Positions 25,791 through 32,000 of a DNA stretch of 32,000 nucleotides are shown here, piece after piece (within the stretch, counting starts at the first letter, position 1; every line of letters starts with the position of its first letter). The stretch comes from an uncultured archaeon. GTDB taxonomy: Archaea > Micrarchaeota > Micrarchaeia > Micrarchaeales > CABMGC01. Location: assembly GCA_963704435.1 (NCBI GenBank), contig OY969902.1:540001-572000 (forward strand). Direction: 5' to 3'. Made by a program: the position numbers and the translations under genes. The notes beneath the pieces are model-generated. The model made no database searches and was not told the origin of the DNA. It saw nothing but the letters and a program-made list of their open reading frames with translations.

Positions 25791-26510
25791 ATGAAGAACA
25801 AGAAGCATACTAATCCTGGACGCAAAGTGATATCGAAGAAGAGGGTGGCGGCGAGGAGGCCCGCGCCGAGGAGAACGGCAAAGCCGTCCAGAGTTGCGCC
25901 CGCAAGGCGCGTCGCCGCGAAGAAGGCAGCTGGCGGGGCGAGGGAGGCGAAAGCGAAGGAGATGCTTAGGGTTGCGGGAGTGCTCGCGGCCGAGAAGAGC
26001 AAGGAGAAGAAGGCGAAGATCGACGAGGTGGTCGGAAAGGCCTCCTTCTCGGAGTTCATAGCACAGAACGTAGGCATGCGGGCGGTGGACATAATAAAGC
26101 TGATAAACGTGCCGCAGACGGACGAGAGCGTCGCCGCCGAGCTGGGAATGAAGATAAACGAGGTGAGGCGCATCCTCAACGTGCTCAACGGTTACGGCGT
26201 CGCGCGGTATGACACCAACAAGGACAGCAAGGGGTGGCTGACGTTCAGGTGGCGCATCGACGGAGATAGGCTGATGGCGCTTAGCGCCACGGTCGACGCC
26301 AAGAAGCCCGAGACCGCGTACAGGCTCTCCGAGGACTGCAACGACTTCTTCTGCTGCGACAAGTGCTACGACGAACAGAAGGCGATCCTTCCGTTCGATG
26401 CTGCTTTTGAGAACAAGTTCCGCTGCGACGTTTGCGGCGGGAAGCTGAGAAGGCTCAATAAGGACGAGGTATCGTCCCTCTTCGCGGAGGAGGGGACCCG
26501 CGCCTTCTGA
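25791..26510 (+). CDS. tfe: transcription factor E (TFE-alpha, TFIIE-alpha homologue) with a basic N-terminal extension
   Basis: The winged-helix region FIAQNVGMRAVDIIKLI...ESVAAELGMKINEVRRILNVLNGYGVARY and the zinc ribbon CCDKC...CDVCGG match TFE. The first 57 residues or so are Lys/Arg/Ala/Pro-rich (22 K/R in the first 60). An internal Met58 (25962) would give a TFE of typical length, 182 aa. Confidence 0.8.
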   Translation: MKNKKHTNPGRKVISKKRVAARRPAPRRTAKPSRVAPARRVAAKKAAGGAREAKAKEMLRVAGVLAAEKSKEKKAKIDEVVGKASFSEFIAQNVGMRAVDIIKLINVPQTDESVAAELGMKINEVRRILNVLNGYGVARYDTNKDSKGWLTFRWRIDGDRLMALSATVDAKKPETAYRLSEDCNDFFCCDKCYDEQKAILPFDAAFENKFRCDVCGGKLRRLNKDEVSSLFAEEGTRAF

Positions 26511-26549
26511 ACAAAGCTTTTATAGGTTGGGTGCCTTTTTATTACGTAA

Positions 26550-26699
26550 AGCGAGGTAGGGTAGCCTGGAGTGCCCGTCGGGCTCATAAAATACGGCTGC
26601 GGAATACCGCTGCTGCCTTCTAGACAAAATCTAAAGACCAGCCATTTGCTTGTTTTGTGGGAAACCCGAAGATCGGAGGTCCAAATCCTCCCCTCGCTA
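26550..26699 (+). tRNA. initiator tRNA-Met(CAT) with a 75-nt intron at 37/38
   Basis: Acceptor AGCGAGG/CCTCGCT gives the A1:U72 pair. Anticodon stem TCGGG/CCCGA gives three consecutive G:C pairs. Loop CTCATA|A. BHB fold: central helix CTCA (26583-86) / TGGG (26658-61), with 3-nt bulges TAA (26587-89) and AAA (26662-64). Intron 26589..26663. The T-loop reads TCCAAAT, with C at position 55, which is unusual. Confidence 0.85.
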
Positions 26700-26711
26700 T
26701 ATACCCCTCAC

Positions 26712-26805
26712 TTCCGCTATTCGGGCATCTTGTATAATATTATATAAATAAAGAAACAACATAAAATGAATTGAATGAGCCGGAGACCGCTTCAGAATAG
26801 CGGAA
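26712..26805. repeat. 11-bp perfect inverted repeat bracketing the A/T-rich gins promoter region
   Basis: ttccgctattc (26712-26722) and gaatagcggaa (26795-26805) are separated by 72 nt that include tataatattatataaataaag. A direct tacccct lies just outside each arm (26702-08 and 26809-15). Confidence 0.6.
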
Positions 26806-26826
26806 CTCTACCCCTGTGTGATTGAA

Positions 26827-27309
26827 ATGTCATTGACGATAACCTCCGATCTCCTGTTCTCGAGGCTGAACGAGGAAAGGGAGAAGGGGGCGCTCACGTC
26901 CTTACCCAAGGAGTTCTACAGCGAGGCCCGAGCGTTCGTCGACAGCATGAATGACGATGCCTCCGGGGCAAAGCAGAAGCAGACGGCCAACGCGCGCAGG
27001 ATGCTTCACGAGCTCAAGGAGAAGCGGAAGCAGAAGATACTGATATACCTCGCGTACGACAAGCCCCTCCCGCAGCCCATGCCCGACGAGGAAGAAGCTT
27101 TATATAACGAAATACGGAGAATATTAAACAGAACGGGAGAAGCGAGCGAGAAGACCGCGCGCATAAAGATCCTCTCGGACGTGCCGGAGATACTGACTTC
27201 GGAAGGCAGGAAGATAGGCCCGTACCAGCAGGGCGCAGTCGTCGAGATGCCCCGCGGCGCCGACGCTGATTTCGTGCTTAAGAACAAGATCGGAGAGCTC
27301 ATAGCTTAG
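26827..27309 (+). CDS. GINS complex subunit (Gins51/Gins15-like), tentative
   Basis: About 160 aa. The N-terminal helical part (LFSRLNEEREKGALTSLPKEFYSEARAFV) and the C-terminal small domain (IKILSDVPEILTSEGRKIGPYQQGAVVEMPRGADADFVLKNKIGELI) follow the archaeal GINS pattern from memory. The track start is GTG 26818; an ATG is at 26827. Confidence 0.5.
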   Translation: MSLTITSDLLFSRLNEEREKGALTSLPKEFYSEARAFVDSMNDDASGAKQKQTANARRMLHELKEKRKQKILIYLAYDKPLPQPMPDEEEALYNEIRRILNRTGEASEKTARIKILSDVPEILTSEGRKIGPYQQGAVVEMPRGADADFVLKNKIGELIA

Positions 27310-27316
27310 TGGTTTT

Positions 27317-27598
27317 ATGAAAATTGAAAGCGAGATCAGGGTGTACTGCCCCTACTGCAATAAGCATACATTGCACAAGGTGAAATTCCCCCCGAAGAAT
27401 GCGCAGCGCGGCCTCAGCTTCGGAACCAGGAAGCACCTCAGGCGCACGAAGGGATACGTGGGCAGCGTAGCGGTGAGGCTCAAGCCGAAGAAGCTCGGCA
27501 AGAGGCAGAAGATGCTGCTCGAGTGCAAGGAATGCAAGAAATCTGTGGAGCGCATATTCGGCCAGCGCACGAAGAAGAAGCTGGAGATAAAGAGATGA
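27317..27598 (+). CDS. rpl44e: 50S ribosomal protein L44e (eL42)
   Basis: 93 aa, C4 zinc motif CPYCNKHT...CKECKK, basic composition, RTKGYVG motif. Confidence 0.9.
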   Translation: MKIESEIRVYCPYCNKHTLHKVKFPPKNAQRGLSFGTRKHLRRTKGYVGSVAVRLKPKKLGKRQKMLLECKECKKSVERIFGQRTKKKLEIKR

Positions 27599-27626
27599 GG
27601 CGCGTCCCTTGATAGTACAGAAGAGC

Positions 27627-28355
27627 ATGCCCGAACTCGGCGAAATCGTCCTCGTGAAGCTGAACAAGATAATGCCCCACGGGGCGTACTGCCAGCTCGT
27701 GGAGTATGGCGTCGACGCATACCTCCCGATAGGGGAAGTCGCGTCCGGCTGGATAAAGAACATACACGAGCACATAAGGGAGGGCCAGCGCGACGTCGCG
27801 AAGGTGGTGTTCGTCGACCCGAGCAGGAGGGCCGTCGACGTCTCGCTGAAGAAAGTCAGCGTGAAGGAGAAGAAGGGCAAGATAAACGACTTCGCGCTCG
27901 AGAAGAGGGCGGAGAAGTTCTTCATGCAGGCCCTCGAGGCCGCGGGCAAGACCGCGAAGGCAGAGGAGATCAAGAGGAAGCTGGCGCAGAAGGTCCCGAC
28001 GTACCTGGAGCTGCTGGACCAGGTGCACGAGAACCGGCTGGAGGCCGGCCTCCTGGACGAGGACGTGAAGGCCGCGTTCTCAGAGATAATCGCGAAGAAC
28101 ATCAAGCCCAAGGTGTACTCGGTGACATACACCGTGGTGCTGTCCGCCTCGAACTCGAAGGGCAACGTGTCCCTGATACGGAAGCTGTGCGAGGAGGTGG
28201 AGCGCCTCGGCGTCTCGGTGCTGTACGAGGGCGCACCCCACTACAAGATCATGGCCGAGGGGCCCAGCTACGCGGACGCGGAGGGGAAGATAAAGGAGGC
28301 GCAGCAGGTCCTCCAGAAGTATTCCCCGTACTTCAGCATATCGATCAAAAAGTGA
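27627..28355 (+). CDS. eif2a: translation initiation factor aIF2 subunit alpha
   Basis: N-terminal S1 domain MPELGEIVLVKLNKIMPHGAYCQLVEYG.DAYLPIGEVASGWIKNI, a helical middle domain and an alpha-beta C-domain. The track start TTG 27609 is probably too early; an ATG is at 27627. Confidence 0.9.
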   Translation: MPELGEIVLVKLNKIMPHGAYCQLVEYGVDAYLPIGEVASGWIKNIHEHIREGQRDVAKVVFVDPSRRAVDVSLKKVSVKEKKGKINDFALEKRAEKFFMQALEAAGKTAKAEEIKRKLAQKVPTYLELLDQVHENRLEAGLLDEDVKAAFSEIIAKNIKPKVYSVTYTVVLSASNSKGNVSLIRKLCEEVERLGVSVLYEGAPHYKIMAEGPSYADAEGKIKEAQQVLQKYSPYFSISIKK

Positions 28356-28359
28356 ACGG

Positions 28360-29103
28360 ATGAAGGACACCAAGATATACTACAGGAAGGTCAAGCTGAA
28401 CGACCCCATCCTGATCGTCGGCCTCCCCGGGATGGGGAACGTCGGAAACCTCGTGGCGGAGCACCTCAAGAACGAGCTGAAGGCCAAGAAGTTCGCCACC
28501 CTCTACTCGCCGCACTTCCCATTCCAGGTCATGATGAACAGCAGCGGCAGCTTCAGGCTCGTGAGCAACAGGTTCTACTGCCACCGCGCCAAGGGGAAGA
28601 GGGACCTGGTGATACTCCTCGGCGACGCCCAGCCGCTGTCCCCGGAGGGGCAGTACGACGTCAACGAGCGCATCGTCGAGTTCTTCAAGATGCTGGGCGG
28701 CAGGGAGATATACACGATCGGAGGCTATACGATAAAGAACGAGTACGTCAGGGCACCGCGCGTCTTCGGGGTCGCGACGGACGCGAAGACGATGGCCCGC
28801 ATAAGGAAGCATGGCGTCGTGGCTCCGCTAGTGACCGGGACTCCGATATTCGGCTCGGCCGGGCTCGTCGCCGCATTCTCCAAGAGGCACCGCATCAGCG
28901 CAGCATGCCTGATGGGGGAGACCGGCCTGGTGGACGTCGACGCGAACTCGGCGAAGGCGGTGCTGCAGGTCATAAACAAGCTGCTGGGGGTCGGAGTGGA
29001 CCTCGAGAACATGGACCGGCTCAAGACGGAGACCGAGAAGATGCTCAAGGAGCTGGAGGAGTCGTCAAAGGCATTCACGGGCTCGACCAACTACATAAGG
29101 TAA
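28360..29103 (+). CDS. PAC2-family proteasome assembly chaperone (PbaA/PbaB-like; former COG1938)
   Basis: ILIVGLPGMGNVGNLVAEHL, YSPHFPFQV, LLGDAQP...GQYD and TIGGY follow the archaeal PAC2 pattern. Its position after aIF2-alpha matches the conserved archaeal neighbourhood. Confidence 0.7.
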   Translation: MKDTKIYYRKVKLNDPILIVGLPGMGNVGNLVAEHLKNELKAKKFATLYSPHFPFQVMMNSSGSFRLVSNRFYCHRAKGKRDLVILLGDAQPLSPEGQYDVNERIVEFFKMLGGREIYTIGGYTIKNEYVRAPRVFGVATDAKTMARIRKHGVVAPLVTGTPIFGSAGLVAAFSKRHRISAACLMGETGLVDVDANSAKAVLQVINKLLGVGVDLENMDRLKTETEKMLKELEESSKAFTGSTNYIR

Positions 29104-29141
29104 GAAGTCATTCGCTTAGGGCGGCAGACGCCGCGATCCGC

Positions 29142-29227
29142 GCGCCAGTAATCTAACCTGGTTAAGATACGAGCTTCCCAAACCTCGGAATAAGCTCGCG
29201 ATCCGGGTTCAAATCCCGGCTGGCGCA
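29142..29227 (+). tRNA. tRNA-Gly(CCC) with a 12-nt intron at 37/38
   Basis: Acceptor GCGCCAG/CTGGCGC, discriminator A, D arm ATCT-AACCTGGTTA-AGAT, anticodon stem CGAGC/GCTCG, T arm CCGGG-TTCAAAT-CCCGG. Helix TTCC (29175-78) / GGAA (29187-90) is followed by 3-nt bulge TAA. Removing 29181..29192 yields loop TTCCCAA. Confidence 0.85.
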
Positions 29228-29250
29228 GTATTTCAGGGTGCCAGCACCGC

Positions 29251-29916
29251 TCAGACGAGCGGGATCAGCAGCATGCACATCAGGAAGCCCGCGAGCGAGC
29301 ACATGAAGTTGGATGTGTGCTTGTTCCCTATGCCCTTGTCCTCGTAGTAGCCGAACGCGGAATCCACCAGGTTCCCGAAGAACCCCGAGAACACGGCTAT
29401 CGCGACACCCTGCCAGCCCAAACCGAGCCCTAACGCGCTCGCCCCTATTATGGCCGAGCCGACCAGGCTGGCGCCTAGCCCGACCCAGGTGACGCCCCCC
29501 GACGCCCCCTTCCGGGTCTTCTTCATGGTCAGGAGGACCGTCGGCACCCCATCGAGCACCCCTATCTCGCTGGCGAACTTGTCGGCCATCACCGCGCAGA
29601 CGCTGGCGACGAAAGGCAGTGCCAGGAGCCCCTGCGGCACGGAAGGCAGCCAGGGGCCCGCCCAGTACAGGGCCGCGGCAAGCACGGGCACCGCCCCGTT
29701 AGCGAGCACGTTCTGCCAGCCCCTGGAAGGTTCATAGACCCCTAGGCCCTGCTTCTTCACCCTGCCCACGCTCGTGATCACGGCGGATAGCGCCAGGAAC
29801 AGGACAAGGTCGAGGAGGAAGAGGATCCCGCGGTTTTTCCCCAGGACCAGCACCAGCGCCCCTATCAGCAGGGCAAGAAGGATCCCCTTCAGGTTCAGCG
29901 TCAGGATCTTGTCCAT
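29251..29916 (-). CDS. DUF92 (TMEM19-like) integral membrane protein
   Basis: Multi-TM protein with a KKTRKGASGGVT.VG..ASLVGSAIIG segment typical of DUF92. The track ORF extends to 30075, but its N-terminal 53 codons look non-coding. Met54 (ATG 29916) begins the first TM and has a tttaaaagg box upstream. Confidence 0.55.
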   Translation of the reverse strand: MDKILTLNLKGILLALLIGALVLVLGKNRGILFLLDLVLFLALSAVITSVGRVKKQGLGVYEPSRGWQNVLANGAVPVLAAALYWAGPWLPSVPQGLLALPFVASVCAVMADKFASEIGVLDGVPTVLLTMKKTRKGASGGVTWVGLGASLVGSAIIGASALGLGLGWQGVAIAVFSGFFGNLVDSAFGYYEDKGIGNKHTSNFMCSLAGFLMCMLLIPLV

Positions 29917-30173
29917 GAAATTCCATCGTTTTGAAAGTCCAGAAATCAGATAGCCTTTTAAACCTAAGGAACATAATGAATTACAGGTTCTCATACTGAC
30001 CCTCCTTGTGGGGGAAAGTATGAAACTGGTCGCCTTGCCAGCACACTTCTGTGTGCTGGCCTTTTCCTTATTCACTGCTTATAAGAATAAAAACCCTATT
30101 CACGGTGCGCCGAGTCAAAACCTTTAACTTCTTTGTCGTGCCTAATTCTCATGTTTAACGGAGCGGCGGTCGG

Positions 30174-31124
30174 ATGGCGAAAGAGAAGAGCATCAAGGAG
30201 ATAGAGGACCTTCCCGGAATAGGGCCAGCCACCGCCGAGAAACTGCGCGCCGCAGGGTACGAAAACATCGAGAAGGTGGCCGCCTCGGCGCCCTACGTCC
30301 TGTCCGAGCTGCTGGGGATAAGCGCCGAGAACGCCAAGAAGGCCATAGAGGCAGCCAGGCAGGCGACGAACATAGAGGTAGAGACCGCCCAGCAGGCCTA
30401 CGAGAAGAGGAAGGCCATAGGAAGGATAGCCACGGGCTCGAAGGGCCTGGACGAGCTGCTCGGCGGAGGGGTGGAGACCAACGGCATAACCGAGGTCTAC
30501 GGCAGGTTCGCCACCGGGAAGACCCAGCTGGGCTTCCAGCTCTCGGTCAACGTCCAGCTCCCTATCGGGAAGGGGGGCCTTGACGGCGCGGTGCTGTTCA
30601 TAGACACCGAAGGCACTTTCAGGCCTGAGAGGATCGAGGCGGTCGCGAAGGCGGCGGACCTTGACTCCAAGAAGATATTGGACAACATATTCGTCTCAAG
30701 GGTCACCACGACCGACCAGCAGATCCTGACGATTGAGAGGGCGGACAAGCTGGTCAGGGACAAGAACGTCAAGCTCATAGTGGTCGACTCGCTCATGTCG
30801 CTGTTCAGGTCGGAGTTCATGGGCAGGGGCGCGCTGAACGAGAGGCAGCAGAAGCTCAACCAGCACATACACAAGCTGCAGAAGCTGTCCGACGACCACT
30901 CCCTCGCGGTCTACATAACCAACCAGGTCATGGACAACCCAGGCATCCTGTTCGGCGACCCGACGACTCCGGTGGGAGGGAACATCGTGGCGCACGCGGC
31001 CACGACCCGGCTCTACATAAGGAAGAGCAAGGAGGACAAGAGGATAGTCCGGCTGGTGGACTCCCCGAACATGCCCGAGGGCGAGACCGTCATAAAGATA
31101 ACGACCAACGGGATAAAGGATTGA
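30174..31124 (+). CDS. radA: DNA repair and recombination protein RadA
   Basis: 316 aa. N-terminal HhH domain (IEDLPGIGPATAEKLRAAGY), Walker A GRFATGKTQ, Walker B LIVVDSL, and FIDTEGTFRPERI. Confidence 0.95.
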   Translation: MAKEKSIKEIEDLPGIGPATAEKLRAAGYENIEKVAASAPYVLSELLGISAENAKKAIEAARQATNIEVETAQQAYEKRKAIGRIATGSKGLDELLGGGVETNGITEVYGRFATGKTQLGFQLSVNVQLPIGKGGLDGAVLFIDTEGTFRPERIEAVAKAADLDSKKILDNIFVSRVTTTDQQILTIERADKLVRDKNVKLIVVDSLMSLFRSEFMGRGALNERQQKLNQHIHKLQKLSDDHSLAVYITNQVMDNPGILFGDPTTPVGGNIVAHAATTRLYIRKSKEDKRIVRLVDSPNMPEGETVIKITTNGIKD

Positions 31125-31168
31125 GCCTCCTTTTATTCCAGATTTCCGCGCTTTTTGGGTGATACGCC

Positions 31169-31942
31169 ATGCTATCCATAATCGGCCTCGGCTTGGACTT
31201 CCGGGACATATCCTTGAGGGCGATGGACGCGGCGAGGAAGGCGGACGTGCTGCTCCTGGAGGCATACACCTCATTCCTGCCGGACGGATACGTCGAATAC
31301 TTGGAGAAGGAGGCCGGGAAGAAGGCTGCTCCCCTGAAAAGGCAGGACCTTGAGGACAACGTGAAGACAACGGTCGGCAGGGCAAAGGACATGGACGTCG
31401 CCCTGCTAGTTCCTGGGGACCCCCTCGTCGCGACGACGCACCACCTGATCATCAACACGGCAAGGAAGCTGGGCGTGGAAGTCGCGGTATTCCACTCGGC
31501 AAGTGCGTTCACGGCCGCCATCGGGGAGAGCGGTCTTGACCTATACAAGTTCGGCCCTACCGCCACGGTACCCTTCTGGCACAGGAACTACGAGCCGACA
31601 TCGTTCCTTGACGTGGTGGATAGGAACCTGAGGAACGGGGAGCACACGCTCCTGCTTCTGGACGTGCAGCAGGAGCAGCACAGGCCCATGAGCATATCCG
31701 AAGCGGTCGGCATACTGAAGGGCGCGAAGGCAAAAAGGGGTGGCGGCCTCATAAGGGACGGCCTAAAGGTGATCGTACTCGCCAATGCGGGGAGGGAGGA
31801 CAGGTTCGCAGACTACCTTGCGCTTGGGGAGGCGGAAAAGAAGCTAGGGAAGGCACTTTCAGGCAAGGCGCTGTCGATCATCGTGCCCGCTAAGATGAGC
31901 TTCGCCGAAGAGGAGAACCTAAGCTCCGCGCTTTCCGGTTGA
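31169..31942 (+). CDS. dph5: diphthine synthase
   Basis: 257 aa. MLSIIGLGL...ISLRA......AD.LLLEAYTS and LVPGDPLVATTH are typical of the Dph5 tetrapyrrole-methylase-fold enzymes. Confidence 0.85.
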   Translation: MLSIIGLGLDFRDISLRAMDAARKADVLLLEAYTSFLPDGYVEYLEKEAGKKAAPLKRQDLEDNVKTTVGRAKDMDVALLVPGDPLVATTHHLIINTARKLGVEVAVFHSASAFTAAIGESGLDLYKFGPTATVPFWHRNYEPTSFLDVVDRNLRNGEHTLLLLDVQQEQHRPMSISEAVGILKGAKAKRGGGLIRDGLKVIVLANAGREDRFADYLALGEAEKKLGKALSGKALSIIVPAKMSFAEEENLSSALSG

Positions 31943-32000
31943 CCTGCCCTTCACCTTCCAGTACTTGAGCGTATAGACGAGGAACAGCCCGCTCACTCCT
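31919..32000 (-). CDS. 3' end of a convergent gene running off the window (C-terminal 26 codons)
   Basis: The reverse frame reads ...GVSGLFLVYTLKYWKVKGRSTGKRGA*, a hydrophobic segment followed by a basic tail. The stop is at 31919..31921, overlapping the dph5 3' end by about 24 nt. It is too short to be sure. Confidence 0.3.
   Translation of the reverse strand, partial: GVSGLFLVYTLKYWKVKGRSTGKRGA

Noticed and set aside
25763-26188. 141-aa minus-strand ORF antisense to the tfe 5' region
   Set aside because: It is the shadow frame of the GC- and Ala/Arg-rich tfe extension, and it has no promoter context.
26589-26663. C/D-box guide sRNA inside the tRNAiMet intron (as known for some archaeal tRNA-Trp introns)
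   Set aside because: The 75-nt intron contains no RUGAUGA C box and no CUGA D box.
27299-28165. 288-aa minus-strand ORF antisense to rpl44e and eif2a
   Set aside because: It lies entirely antisense to two well-supported conserved genes. Its composition is Ser/Phe/Ala-rich low complexity, typical of shadow ORFs in GC-rich coding DNA.
29917-30075. N-terminal 53 codons of track ORF 29251..30075
   Set aside because: The segment (MNKEKASTQKCAGKATSF...) has non-membrane, non-conserved character and covers the likely promoter (tttaaaagg). Met54 starts the first TM helix, so the DUF92 gene is called from 29916.
1-32000. CRISPR arrays, rRNA genes and tandem repeat arrays
   Set aside because: Reading through all intergenic regions showed no periodic direct repeats with spacers and no rRNA-like sequence.

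Overview
Archaeal chromosomal segment. Evidence for archaeal origin: RadA, TFE, aIF2-alpha, ribosomal protein L44e, GINS, diphthine synthase, class I LysRS, a PAC2 proteasome chaperone, TATA-box or leaderless gene starts, and BHB-type tRNA introns. A bacterial-type gyrB-gyrA operon is also present. I cannot fix the lineage from sequence alone. I support about 30 protein genes and 7 tRNA genes, none of which the ORF track can show. Three tRNAs carry introns: tRNA-Ser(GGA) has two (a 12-nt anticodon-loop intron and a 17-nt T-loop intron with a perfect hBHBh' fold), initiator tRNA-Met has a 75-nt intron, and tRNA-Gly(CCC) has a 12-nt mini-intron. The tRNA-Ser lies under two spurious track ORFs. 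A 51-aa zinc-ribbon gene (4497..4652, minus strand) falls below the track cutoff. Composition is mosaic. Hand counts of single 60-nt lines give about 55-60% GC in housekeeping genes and about 37-50% GC in three patches (3897-4700, 6700-8700, 10460-13370), each next to a tRNA gene. The best candidate for something undescribed is the low-GC islet 10597..13103, which encodes two tandem, translationally coupled paralogous proteins with no family I recognise. It sits between lysK and the double-intron tRNA-Ser. Other oddities are a frameshifted CsaA-like tRNA-binding gene, a pyroglutamyl peptidase with Ser in place of the catalytic Cys, TFE with a roughly 57-aa highly basic N-terminal extension, and an L44e-aIF2alpha-PAC2 cluster lacking S27e and Nop10. 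I found no CRISPR array, rRNA, integrase or transposase.
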